Part shown: positions 12,222-22,879 of the stretch, piece by piece | How the letters are laid out: the number at the start of each line of letters is the position of its first letter | Position numbering within the stretch: the stretch's first letter is position 1 | Assembly: GCA_964016885.1 (NCBI GenBank) | Contig: OZ024763.1 | Coordinates: forward strand, 26,474,001-26,538,000 | DNA from: Eledone cirrhosa | Lineage: Eukaryota | Direction of reading: 5' to 3' | DNA: 64,000 bases | Notes under the pieces: generated by a model | The model's database searches: none | Told to the model about the DNA's origin: nothing | Seen by the model: only the letters and a program-made list of their open reading frames with translations | Position numbers and translations under genes: made by a program

Positions 12222-12444
12222 GGTTTGAGGTTCACCACTGGATAAAGCTGGTCAATTCCGCCGGTCATTGAAATGATCATAGTATAATAAACCTTTCAAG
12301 GATTTACACAAATCCAGCCTCCTGTCATTTCATTATAATATTATATTATATGTATATATATAAATGAAGTAATTCCGTCGGAAAAGTCCAGGAAAAAAGA
12401 GTGCTCTATGTAGGTAACAGAGCTTAATAGTTATGTAATAAACA

Positions 12445-12482
<38 letters not shown>

Positions 12483-12890
12483 GTTATTCCGGGTTGAATC
12501 GGAGGTAACCACAGTAAGTAAGGTACTCAATACATAGCAGAGTATAAAAGTTTTAATATAGATGAGATTCTACAGGACTAGAACTGTTTCATTAGAAATC
12601 ATCAGAAATCTCAGAGATTCCTGATGATTTCTAATGAATGAAACAGTTCTAGTCCTGTAGAATCTCATCTATATATATATATATATTAGCGTGTGTTTTG
12701 TTATTTCAATTTTACACGCTGTCGCATGCCTGCTTTTAAATCCCCTCCGGTATTTTAGCAGTGATGGGCAAAAATGTCTCAGAGGACAGAGATCAACAGA
12801 GAGACAATCCACAAGGTGGGTGACAGGCAGATGAAATATAGGAAAGATTGAAAGAGGAGGAGGACCAGGATAAGTGTGCTGGTACACAGA

Positions 12891-12944
<54 letters not shown>

Positions 12945-12947
<3 letters not shown>

Positions 12948-13410
12948 TTATCATCATCATCATCATCTTCGTTTAACGTCCATTTTCCACGCTAGCATGG
13001 GTTAGACGGGAGTTGACCCACTTGAGGCAAGGTTGGTCGGGTGACCGTGTCTCGCTCATATAGGACTATCTGGCAGCTTTTCTATGGCTGGATGGCCTTC
13101 CTAACACCAACCACATTTACAGTGTGGAACTGGCCACATTACAGCGTGGACTGTTTTTTTCTCTCGTGACACCTACACGATCTCGATATCTCATTTATTT
13201 GGACTGGATGTTGTGGTGTTGGTGGGAGTGGGAGGATAGGGTAGGGGTGTATATTTGGTTAAGAGGTGCCTACTGACTGTAGGTTTCGCTTTGTACATAG
13301 GCAAGGTGGGTCTTCTGTATTACTGCGTAGCGCCAAAGATCTCGGTCTAATGACATTGTCTTAGAGAGGTGCAAGTGTGTAAGGTCGGAATTCATCAAAT
13401 CGTCCCAGGT
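12945..13410 (-). mobile_element. RTE LINE 3' fragment (ORF end plus long 3' UTR)
   Basis: Translates to TWDDLMNSDLTHLHLSKTMSLDRDLWRYAVIQKT, homologous to the C-terminus of the intact ORF; followed by the shared UTR core and (GAT)n. Confidence 0.85.
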
Positions 13411-13988
13411 TTTATATATATATATATAAATCGTTTATATATATATATATATATCGTCTAACCCATGCTAGTGTGGAAGAACGGACGTAAAACAGTGATG
13501 ATATATATATATAGTATATCCTGGTGCTAGCAGCGATTATGGTGGTGTTGCTGAATGGATTGGTTGGTGTTCAACATGCCAATTTCATTAATCATATAAT
13601 CCTGATACTTACATCAATGAAATCTACCTCCACTTCCACCACCACCACCATCATCATCATCATAGTCATCCTTAAACGTGGTTGAACAACTAATCCCAAC
13701 CAGTCAAGATTGAAGGATACAGGACCTAGTTTTAGATGGAAGGATTAACAAGGTATATATCTTAATCCTCTTTGTATTATTGCTGGTTAGGGCAAAAATG
13801 CAATGAAGCTATACTGGTCTTTAGCATTTAAACCAGCTGTGTCTGGCCAAACCAAAATTCTCTCACCTCTCTCTGTTCAAACTGGCCATAACCGGCCACT
13901 CATATTGATGTTAAAGTATTTTATATATACTTTATATATCACAGCTTACCCGTGACTGGTTGGGTAGTGCATTATTAAAGAAGGTAGC

Positions 13989-14172
13989 GGTGGATTGGCA
14001 GTATTGGTAGAAGGTCGGACGCCATGCTTTGTAGCATAGAGTTACGGCCCTTTGCCATTCTGAGTTCAAATCCTGCCGAGGTTAACTTTGCCTCTCATCC
14101 TTACGGGATCGATAAAATAAAGTACCAGTAATGCACTGGGTAATTGCTGGCCTTGTGCCAAAAATAGAAACA
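13989..14172 (+). mobile_element. Full-length copy of the second tRNA-SINE family with 18-bp TSD
   Basis: TSD ATTATTAAAGAAGGTAGC at 13971-13988 and 14173-14190; other copies near 3480, 8240, 11785, 39990(-), 58240(-) and 61870(-). Confidence 0.85.
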
Positions 14173-14788
14173 ATTATTAAAGAAGGTAGCCATATATGGC
14201 TTGTAGCAATACCACTAACAATATCTGTAGGTGGGGTAAAGTAGGGTGTGATACATTGGGGCAGGGTAGAGTGCAGTGAGGTCAGGTGGAGTGTGGTGGG
14301 ACAGCATGTGATGCAGGGGGAGGGGGGGGGGCTGAGTGTGATGTCGGAGAGAGAGTGGAATGTAGTGCAACAGTGTGCAGTGGAGTCGAATGGAGCGGGG
14401 TGGGGGCGATGTGCTATGCAGTAGGGGGGGGCTGGGGGGGGGGGGGGGGGGGGGGCTGAGCTACTAAAGTCAACTGGATCACTTTATAGAACCTCTTAAC
14501 CACCATGGTTGGTCCATAGCCAACATGTCTCCTTGTTGTTGATGATGATGATGATGATGATATGTGTGGTATTTTTATATACAGATCTACATTAGAAGGC
14601 ATCCATCTGTGTGATTGGATGAATGTGGAGGTGTGTGTGTGTGTGTGTGAGCGAACGTGTGTCAGTAAGTGTGAGAGCATGTGTGTCTATGAATGGAGAT
14701 GAGAGTATGTGTGTGTGTGTGCGCGCGAGTGAGAGAGAGTGTGTGTATACGAGTGAGAGAGAGAGTGAGTGTGTGTACATGCTTGTGT

Positions 14789-14822
<34 letters not shown>

Positions 14823-15945
14823 TCATGTTTGAGTGTCAAGGAGAGAGTGTGTAGGAGGAGAGTGAGTGCTGTAAATGCTGTGAGAAAGTATGTTTATATG
14901 TGTGAGTATGTTTGAGTGTGTGTGTGTGCACACACGATTCTGTGAATGCGTGTATGAGAAGGAGAGTGAGTGTAGTATGTTTGAGTGTATGTGCACATGC
15001 GGACAAGCTTCTGAGAGTATGCACGAGAATGAGTGTGAGTGCACACATGTACATGCTCCTGTATGTGTGCAGGCACACGCATCCTTTTGTGAGTATGCGT
15101 GTGGGTGTGTATGTGCAACACATGCACATGCTTCTGTGAACATGCATGTGCATGCATGCACAAGCTTTTGTGAGTATGCATGGGAATGTGTGTGTGTATA
15201 TGCATGCATGTATGTGCATACACAAACATGCTTCTGCAAGTATGCGTGGGATTGTGTGTGTATATGCATGCATGTATGTGGATGCAAACATGCTTCTGCA
15301 AGTATGTGTGGGAATGTGCGCGTGCACACACATGCTTCTGTGAGTATGTGTGATAAGTGTATGTGTATGTATATGTATATATATTTAACTAGGCACATTT
15401 TTTTCCCTAGCTATAAATTCCTATTAAAAGAACAATTACTGTTTAACCATTCAGAAGCCACGATCAGAAAACTTCATGTTGGATTTCTTCCAAGAGTTCA
15501 CTTAAATAACAGACACCAGACAGACTCAGATGAGGAGGAGGAGGAGAGGAAGAGGAGTGTAAACACTTTATGGAACAAACTAGGGGGAGAAGAAGGAAGT
15601 TGTATGTATGTATTCTCTACTGAAAGTATGTCAACTACCATGTTCAGAACAGCAATGAAATCATTTTCTGAGAAGTTTTTGCCATCTGCTGACAACATGT
15701 GTTTGTTCTTCAGATAGTTGTAGGACAAGCCAGCACAGCTCTCTTGTCATAAGTCAAATGTTAGCTCAATTACATACTTAGAAATCTATATAACAGGATA
15801 GCTTTCATTAACCCATTTCATACTAATGTGTCTGAAATAGCCTCTGGTTATCTATGATGATAAGAAAAACTGTTTGCTTTACCACTTTAGCATTTAAACC
15901 AGCTGTATCTGGCCAGAATTCTCTCCTCTTTTTGTTCAAACTGGC

Positions 15946-16320
15946 TGGAGAGAAATGAGGCAAGCATGCTCCATTGGATGTGCAATGTCAATGTGCGTGA
16001 ACGACCCAGTGTTGAGAGAGAAACTGTGTCTGAGAGGGATAGAATGTAGTATGCAAGAGAGGAGACTGAGGTGGTATGGACATGTGATGCGCATGGAGGA
16101 TGACAGATGGGTGAAGAAGTGCCAGGAAATGCCAGTTGAAGGAAGGCATGGTAGAACACGAAAAACATGGGCGGAGGTGGTGAGAACAGACCTCAGATCA
16201 CTGAAGCTCACAGTGGAGATGACGAAGAACCGTGACAAGTTGAGAGATGCTGTGCTGAAAAAGACCCGTCCCACCCTTGCAAGCAGGGAAAAGCGGATGT
16301 AAAATGGTGATGATGATGAT
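15946..16320 (+). mobile_element. 5'-truncated RTE LINE (source of the CORE-SINE tail)
   Basis: Encodes QERRLRWYGHVMRMEDDRWVKKC..TRPTLASREKRM; its 3' end CGTCCCACCCTTGCAAGCAGGGAAAAGCGGAYGTAAAATG is the SINE tail; TGGC duplicated at the junctions. Confidence 0.85.
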
Positions 16321-16425
16321 GGCCATAGATGGCTGCTCATACTTATGTTCAGGTATTGTTCACAAAATAAATCATTATCAAAATCTCGTAGATACGATAT
16401 TATGCGAGATGATTATGTGAAATAA

Positions 16426-17926
16426 TCATTCAATCTGAAAATATTGAAGAGATAAGATACTTTCCCATTCTTCTCTGCTAAAATGTACCACTAGAGCTGA
16501 CTCCAATTATTCCAGCCATCCATCTAATCTACGAAGGTATTTTAGCCTACATATTGTCGTTAATATTATGATGTTCCCTGCTGTATTAGCGTTAAATTTT
16601 CCCTGCTGTATTAGCGATAAATTTTCTAGGGTTTCTCTTAGTTTTTTTCATGACGTTATTATTGTTAATTTTACTGATGTAGTATTAACTTATTAACTTG
16701 GATATTTACCATGCGGTATTCTAATCCTATTGTATCTCTCTCAGTTATTTACCATGCGACCCTCAGTTCCTACCCCCCCTCTCTATGCACTTCTTTAAGG
16801 CTTACTACCCTGTCTTTAACCTAATTCATTCAATCTGAAAATATTGAAGAGATAAGATACTTTCCCATTCTTCTCTGCTAAAATGTACCACTAGAGCTGA
16901 CTCCAATTATTCCAGCCATCCATCTAATCTACGAAGGTATTTTAGCCTACATATTGTCGTTAATATTATGATGTTCCCTGCTGTATTAGCGTTAAATTTT
17001 CCCTGCTGTATTAGCGATAAATTTTCTAGGGTTTCTCTTAGTTTTTTTTCATGACGTTATTATTGTTAATTTTACTGATGTAGTATTAACTTATTAACTT
17101 GGATATTTACCATGCGGTATTCTAATCCTATTGTATCTCTCTCAGTTATTTACCATGCGACCCTCAGTTCCTACCCCCCCTCTCTATGCACTTCTTTAAG
17201 GCTTACTACCCTGTCTTTAACCTAATTCATTCAATCTGAAAATATTGAAGAGATAAGATACTTTCCCATTCTTCTCTGCTAAAATGTACCACTAGAGCTG
17301 ACTCCAATTATTCCAGCCATCCATCTAATCTACGAAGGTATTTTAGCCTACATATTGTCGTTAATATTATGATGTTCCCTGCTGTATTAGCGTTAAATTT
17401 TCCCTGCTGTATTAGCGATAAATTTTCTAGGGTTTCTCTTAGTTTTTTTTCATGACGTTATTATTGTTAATTTTACTGATGTAGTATTAACTTATTAACT
17501 TGGATATTTACCATGCGGTATTCTAATCCTATTGTATCTCTCTCAGTTATTTACCATGCGACCCTCAGTTCCTACCCCCCCTCTCTATGCACTTCTTTAA
17601 GGCTTACTACCCTGTCTTTAACCTAATTCATTCAATCTGAAAATATTGAAGAGATAAGATACTTTCCCATTCTTCTCTGCTAAAATGTACCACTAGAGCT
17701 GACTCCAATTATTCCAGCCATCCATCTAATCTACGAAGGTATTTTAGCCTACATATTGTCGTTAATATTATGATGTTCCCTGCTGTATTAGCGTTAAATT
17801 TTCCCTGCTGTATTAGCGATAAATTTTCTAGGGTTTCTCTTAGTTTTTTTTCATGACGTTATTATTGTTAATTTTACTGATGTAGTATTAACTTGGATAT
17901 TTACCATGCGACCCTCAGTTCCTACC
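16426..17926 (+). promoter_or_regulatory. Tandem ~401-bp 5' monomers (3 full + 1 shorter), each starting with Inr+DPE
   Basis: Units start at 16426, 16826, 17227 and 17628 with TCATTC (Inr TCAKTY); relative to A+1 there is G at +24 and AGATA (RGWYV) at +28..+32. Confidence 0.7.
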
Positions 17927-18166
17927 TCACAATTTCCCTCCCCCCCACCCCCACACACCACCATAGTCTATTCGACCAATCAAACCTAGCATGCCATTTC
18001 CACTGCTCCTGCTACTACCTGCCTAACTAACTCTCTCCTCCTCTGGCGCATCCCAACACACCCTGCCATTACCCCACCACCACTGTTCTTCTAGCCCTCA
18101 ATTTTCCCACCGTTATGGATGGATGAGCTGGGAATACACGAGCAACTCTGAATCAATAGATGAAAT

Positions 18167-21100
18167 ATGAATCTGCGAGCTACCAAGCACCCACGTGAAG
18201 CGCCAACCCAGAGACCCTCCCCTACGAGTGTCGACAAATGCCCAAAACTCCGAGTTGGTACCATCAATGTAGGCTCAATGAAAGGAAGAGCAGGAGAAAT
18301 CGTAGAAATGCTAGAGCGAAAGGAAGTTGATGTATGCTGTGTGCAAGAGACTAGATGGAGAGGAGGGTCTGCTAGAGTCCTTGTAGGAAAAAGCCAGTGC
18401 TACAAATTTTTCTGGGTGGGAAATGACGATGGGATGGGTGGTGTAGGTATACTATTAGCTGACAAGTGGGTAGATAAAGTAATCTCAGTGTACAGGGTAA
18501 ATGCAAGAATCATTAAACTTAGACTAGTCCTGAATAAGACAATTACCACAATAATATCAGCTTACGCACCCCAATCGGGGCTGCCAGACGAACTTAAGGA
18601 TAGGTTTTACGAGTCCCTAATACACACTACTGCTCTAACAGACGACAAGGACTTCCTAATCATTGCAGGAGATTTTAACGGACACGTAGGTAAACACTGC
18701 GACGGCTTCAATAGAGTACATGGAGGCCATGGAGTTGGCACAAGGAATGAGGAAGGATTCAGACTTCTAGAATTCTGCGACGCCAATGACATGTCGATAT
18801 GTAACACAAACTTTAAAAAACCCAACAACCACCTGATCACCTATAGATCAGGGGAGCACTCTAGTCAGTTAGATTTTATCCTCATCAGAGGACGTGACAG
18901 ATGGACGGTCGTAAACACAAAAGCCTTCCCTAGTGAGGAATGTACATCCCAACATAGCTTAGTTGTCAGCGACCTCACGGTCAGAACTAGACGAGCCCTG
19001 AAACAGAGGCCAACCTGGAGAAGAAAGATCTGGAAGCTGAAAGTCCCCTCAACCAGTAACAGATTTAAAGATATTTTACTCAACGCCTACGACAGTAAAG
19101 AAGAACAGATAGAGACATTTAACGTAGAAGAGAACTGGGAGTTCCTAAAAAATAACTTACTAGAGGCGACGGATGAGGTTTGTGGCTGGAGTAAGACCTC
19201 AAGCAGGAGGAGAGTGACTTGGTGGTGGAACAATAAGGTAGATGAAGCAGTCAAGGCCAAGAGACAGGCATGGAAAGAATGGAAGAACGGGGGGAGCAGG
19301 GTACATTACATAGAGACCAAGAGGGAAGCTAGGCGACAAGTATACTTAGCTAGGAGGGAAGCAGAGGATAGAAAATTCAAGCATGTTTTACAACGTGAGG
19401 ACCAGAAACAGGAGGTATTCAAGATTGCGAGGCAGTGTGTCAGAGATAGTTGTGATGTCATTGGAGAGAAGTGTATCCGGAATGATAAAGGTGAGCTTGC
19501 CCTCACAAGTGCTGAGAAGAAAGATGCATGGAAGAGTCATTATGATAGATTACTAAATGAGGAGAATGCATGGGAAGAAGAGACCCTACCCCACGTAGAC
19601 CCTATAGAGGGACCAGCAGTACAAGTCAGCGGCAGCGTAGTAAGTAAGGCAATCAGAGATATGAAGATAGGGAAGGCAACCGGTCCATCGGGTATAGCTG
19701 CCGAGATGCTGAAGGCATCTGGGTCTGTAGGTCACACTATAACCACACGTATCGTTAACCAGGTAATACTAGAGGGGGCCATACCAAAAGATTGGTGCAG
19801 TAGCATCATTGTCAACTGCTACAAAGGTAAAGGCGATGCACTAGATAGAGGAAACTATAGAGGTATAAAGTTGATGGACCAGGTCATGAAAGTAACAGAA
19901 AGAGTTATAGCACAGCTGATTAGGGACCGGGTGAATATAGACGAGATGCAATTTGGGTTTGTACCAGGGAAAGGCACCACTGATGCCCTCTTCCTTGTGA
20001 GGCAATTACAGGAAAAGTACCTAGCTAAAAGTAAGCCACTCTACTTGGCATTTGTCGACCTTGAGAAAGCCTTTGACAGAGTTCCACGTGCAGTAATCTG
20101 GTGGGCTCTTAGAAAACTAGGAGTAGATGAATGGCTTGTGAAAGCGGTACAAGCCATGTATAGGGGAGCAGTCAGCAAAGTTAGGATTGGCAATGAGTAT
20201 AGCGAGGAATTTAGCGTACAGGTTGGGGTCCACCAGGGCTCTGTTCTTAGCCCTCTCCTGTTCATCATAGTCCTGCAGGCAATAACGGAGGAGTTTAAGA
20301 CCGGATGCCCATGGGAACTCCTGTATGCTGATGACCTCGCACTCATAGCTGAATCTATGGTAGAACTAGAGAATAAATTCCAAACCTGGAAGCAGGGACT
20401 AGAGAGAAAGGGCCTCAAAGTCAACATGACAAAGACTAAGGTCCTTATAAGTAGACGAGAAAACAGAACCCAGATCCCCTCAGGGAAATGGCCTTGCTCA
20501 GTATGTAGGAAAGGTGTAGGTAGGAACTCCATTCTTTGCCCCAAATGCAAACAATGGGTACACAAGAGATGTAGCGGGATCTCAGGAAGCTTAATTAAGA
20601 ATGTAGGATTCACATGCAGCAGCTGTGCTGAAACAGCAAGCAAACAGCCACAGGAAACAAGTACCACCAATCTCTGGGAGGGCCCTGTAGAAACAGTAGA
20701 CAGCTTCTGCTACCTAGGTGACCGAATTAGCAACGGAGGTGGGTGCTCAGAAAGTACAATAACTAGGGTAAGAACGGGATGGAAGAAGTTTAGGGAACTA
20801 CTACCACTGCTAGCTGCAAAAGGCTTCTCCCTCAGAATGAAAGGCAGACTGTATGATGCGTGTATCCGAACAGCGATGTTGCATGGTAGTGAGACCTGGG
20901 CGCTGAAGGTGGAAGACTTACGTAGATTAGAGAGAAACGAAGCCTGCATGCTCCGATGGATGTGTAACAGTAATATACGTGAACGACAAAGCATAAAGGA
21001 ATTGAGAGAGAGACTGAGCATAAGAGGAATCAAATGCTGCGTGCAGGAGAGGCGGTTACGCTGGTATGGACATGTGATGCGTATGAAGGATGACAGCTGC

Positions 21101-21286
21101 ATAAAAAGGTGCAGAGCACTAGAAGTTGATGGAAACCGCGGAGTGGGGAGACCCAAGATGACTTGGGATGAGGTGATAAAAGCCGACCTTACCCAACTAC
21201 ACCTCTCAAAGTCAATGACACACGACCGTGACTTCTGGCGTCACGCAGTAATACAGGGTACCCGACCTCCCATGGGTACATGCTGA
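18167..21286 (+). CDS. RTE ORF: APE endonuclease + reverse transcriptase with internal PHD finger (1039 aa)
   Basis: APE motifs GTINV, VQET, SAYAP, GDFNGH, QLDFI, SQH; RT motifs YRGIKL, QFGF, FVDLEKAFD, GVHQGSVLSP, YADD, FCYLG; RTE C-terminal RRLRWYGHV. Confidence 0.97.
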   Translation: MNLRATKHPREAPTQRPSPTSVDKCPKLRVGTINVGSMKGRAGEIVEMLERKEVDVCCVQETRWRGGSARVLVGKSQCYKFFWVGNDDGMGGVGILLADKWVDKVISVYRVNARIIKLRLVLNKTITTIISAYAPQSGLPDELKDRFYESLIHTTALTDDKDFLIIAGDFNGHVGKHCDGFNRVHGGHGVGTRNEEGFRLLEFCDANDMSICNTNFKKPNNHLITYRSGEHSSQLDFILIRGRDRWTVVNTKAFPSEECTSQHSLVVSDLTVRTRRALKQRPTWRRKIWKLKVPSTSNRFKDILLNAYDSKEEQIETFNVEENWEFLKNNLLEATDEVCGWSKTSSRRRVTWWWNNKVDEAVKAKRQAWKEWKNGGSRVHYIETKREARRQVYLARREAEDRKFKHVLQREDQKQEVFKIARQCVRDSCDVIGEKCIRNDKGELALTSAEKKDAWKSHYDRLLNEENAWEEETLPHVDPIEGPAVQVSGSVVSKAIRDMKIGKATGPSGIAAEMLKASGSVGHTITTRIVNQVILEGAIPKDWCSSIIVNCYKGKGDALDRGNYRGIKLMDQVMKVTERVIAQLIRDRVNIDEMQFGFVPGKGTTDALFLVRQLQEKYLAKSKPLYLAFVDLEKAFDRVPRAVIWWALRKLGVDEWLVKAVQAMYRGAVSKVRIGNEYSEEFSVQVGVHQGSVLSPLLFIIVLQAITEEFKTGCPWELLYADDLALIAESMVELENKFQTWKQGLERKGLKVNMTKTKVLISRRENRTQIPSGKWPCSVCRKGVGRNSILCPKCKQWVHKRCSGISGSLIKNVGFTCSSCAETASKQPQETSTTNLWEGPVETVDSFCYLGDRISNGGGCSESTITRVRTGWKKFRELLPLLAAKGFSLRMKGRLYDACIRTAMLHGSETWALKVEDLRRLERNEACMLRWMCNSNIRERQSIKELRERLSIRGIKCCVQERRLRWYGHVMRMKDDSCIKRCRALEVDGNRGVGRPKMTWDEVIKADLTQLHLSKSMTHDRDFWRHAVIQGTRPPMGTC

Positions 21287-21796
21287 AGCATATAAACAAT
21301 ATGCCCCCCCCCCCCCTCACCGCAAGGTGGCCGTGGAGGTGCCACGGCAAAAAAGCACCCAGCCCACACTGTAAAGTGGACGTGTAGGCGCCACGAAAAA
21401 GCACCCAGCACTCACTGTAAATGAGGTTGGTGTTAGGAAGGGCATCCAGCTGTAGAAATCAAGCCAGATCAGTTCCTGTATGAGCAAGGCATGGTCAGCC
21501 GACCAGACACTGCCCACAACAGGACAACCCGTCTAACCCATGGTCAGCCGACCAGACACTGCCCACAACAGGACAACCCGTCTAACCCATGCTAGCGTGG
21601 AAGAACGGACGTAAAACGGTGATGATGATGATGATGATGAAAGTGTTTACCATGAAAATATAATAGTATATATAGAGTAATGTAAATGCTAAAGGGTTAA
21701 AGAGTTTGTTTGACTATACCATATTCATATGTATCTATCTAAACACACACACATACAAATACATATACACAAATACCCTTCTTTTTCACCCACATA

Positions 21797-22115
21797 TTCT
21801 TGGAAGGATTGAGGGGAGCAAAATCCTCAAACGCATCTTTCAGCAGGTCCTGTCAGAAGAACCAACTGCCTCCAACTGATCTGGTTGCCTCTTCAAGCGA
21901 GACCAGCCAAGCTCATGGATGTTAACCAACGATCTTGCTCAGACTCTTCCTCTGGGTCTCCTGCCGGTTGGTTTTGCCCGTAAAAATCTGTCCAGCGATT
22001 CATTCCTCAGACATTCTAACCCCATGTCTTGTAATATCAGAGCTGTAATCTCTCAATTCAGACAAGTAGCAGCTCTACCTGGAGCGACTCCTTAGTGTCA
22101 GAGCTACACACTATC
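21797..22115 (-). mobile_element. Old RTE-like LINE 3' fragment (same family at 39097-39790 and 44365-44885)
   Basis: Minus-strand remnants of the type RPRARWLDNIHELGWSRLGI..DRTRWKECLR in all three copies. Confidence 0.7.
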
Positions 22116-22399
22116 AAGTTCAAATCTAAATTCAAATTTTCCATTATAATTTTATCTAAGAAGTTTTTGTTAACCCTCTTCATAACAAACACCTGAAGTC
22201 ATCTGTAGTTCTATGTTACAAAACTTTTTACTTTAAAATGTATTTATACTTCTCTAAAAATCTTCCATCATAATTTTATGTAAGAACCTTTGTTAAGTTA
22301 TTCTCTAAACACCAGTTTAATAATGAGAAAGTTAGTTATATTATTGAATACATCCAAATTCTTGATTATTTCAAAAATTATTGGTAAATTATGTAGGAC

Positions 22400-22724
22400 A
22401 GTCTCTCATTAGAAATATGGTAATGAAAGGGTTAATGACATGGGCAATGTCTTTTATTAGAAATATGGTAATAAAAGTGTTAAAGACATAGACAATGTCT
22501 TCTATTAGAAATATGGTAATGAAAGGGTTAAAGATATAGGCAATGGTCTTTTATTAGAAATATGGTACTGCAAGGATTAATGACATAGGCAGTGTATTTC
22601 ATTAGAAATATGGTAATAAAAGGGTTAATGATATAGGCAGTGTCTTTTACTAGAAATATGGTAATGAAAGGATTAAAGACTAAGATGGTGTCTTTCATTA
22701 GAAATATGGTAATGAAAGGTTTAA
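22400..22724. repeat. ~48-bp minisatellite x7 built from a MITE terminus
   Basis: ATTAGAAATATGGTAATGAAAGGGTTAA repeated at ~48-bp spacing. Confidence 0.85.
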
Positions 22725-22879
22725 CTTTTCTTGTGTACATTACCATATTATCAGCAAGGTGGCTGTTATGGTAGTAATATTGTACAACGCATATCCATAT
22801 ATCTATATATATCACAATAACTCCTGCTTGTTATGGCAGCAATATTGTACAATACAAACACACATTATATATTTATATA

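Larger units (their letters stand above)
16426..21638 (+). mobile_element. Full-length, potentially active RTE-clade non-LTR retrotransposon (~5.2 kb)
   Basis: Boundaries set by the interrupted MITE; 5' monomer array, C-rich linker, single uninterrupted ORF, ~350-bp 3' UTR and (GAT)n tail. Confidence 0.92.
15883..21700. mobile_element. piggyBac-like MITE split into three parts (15883-15945, 16321-16425, 21639-21700) by two LINE insertions
   Basis: The three parts rejoin into the consensus seen intact at 59742-59970 and 26256-26483 (CCCTTTAGCATTTA..TAAATGCTAAAGGG-TTAA). Confidence 0.8.

Noticed and set aside
12615-12665. CTGATGA..GAAAC..GTC as an intact hammerhead
   Set aside because: Stem I cannot form next to the core after the inversion and stem II is weak; treated as a remnant
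14823-15717. 275-aa and overlapping Cys/His-rich ORFs
   Set aside because: Derived from degenerate (TG/CA)n; no domain or splice support
17926-18166. HDV-like ribozyme or ORF1 upstream of the RTE ORF
   Set aside because: Only a TTCCCA/TGGGAA hairpin and short stop-terminated uORFs; I could not build a nested double pseudoknot by eye
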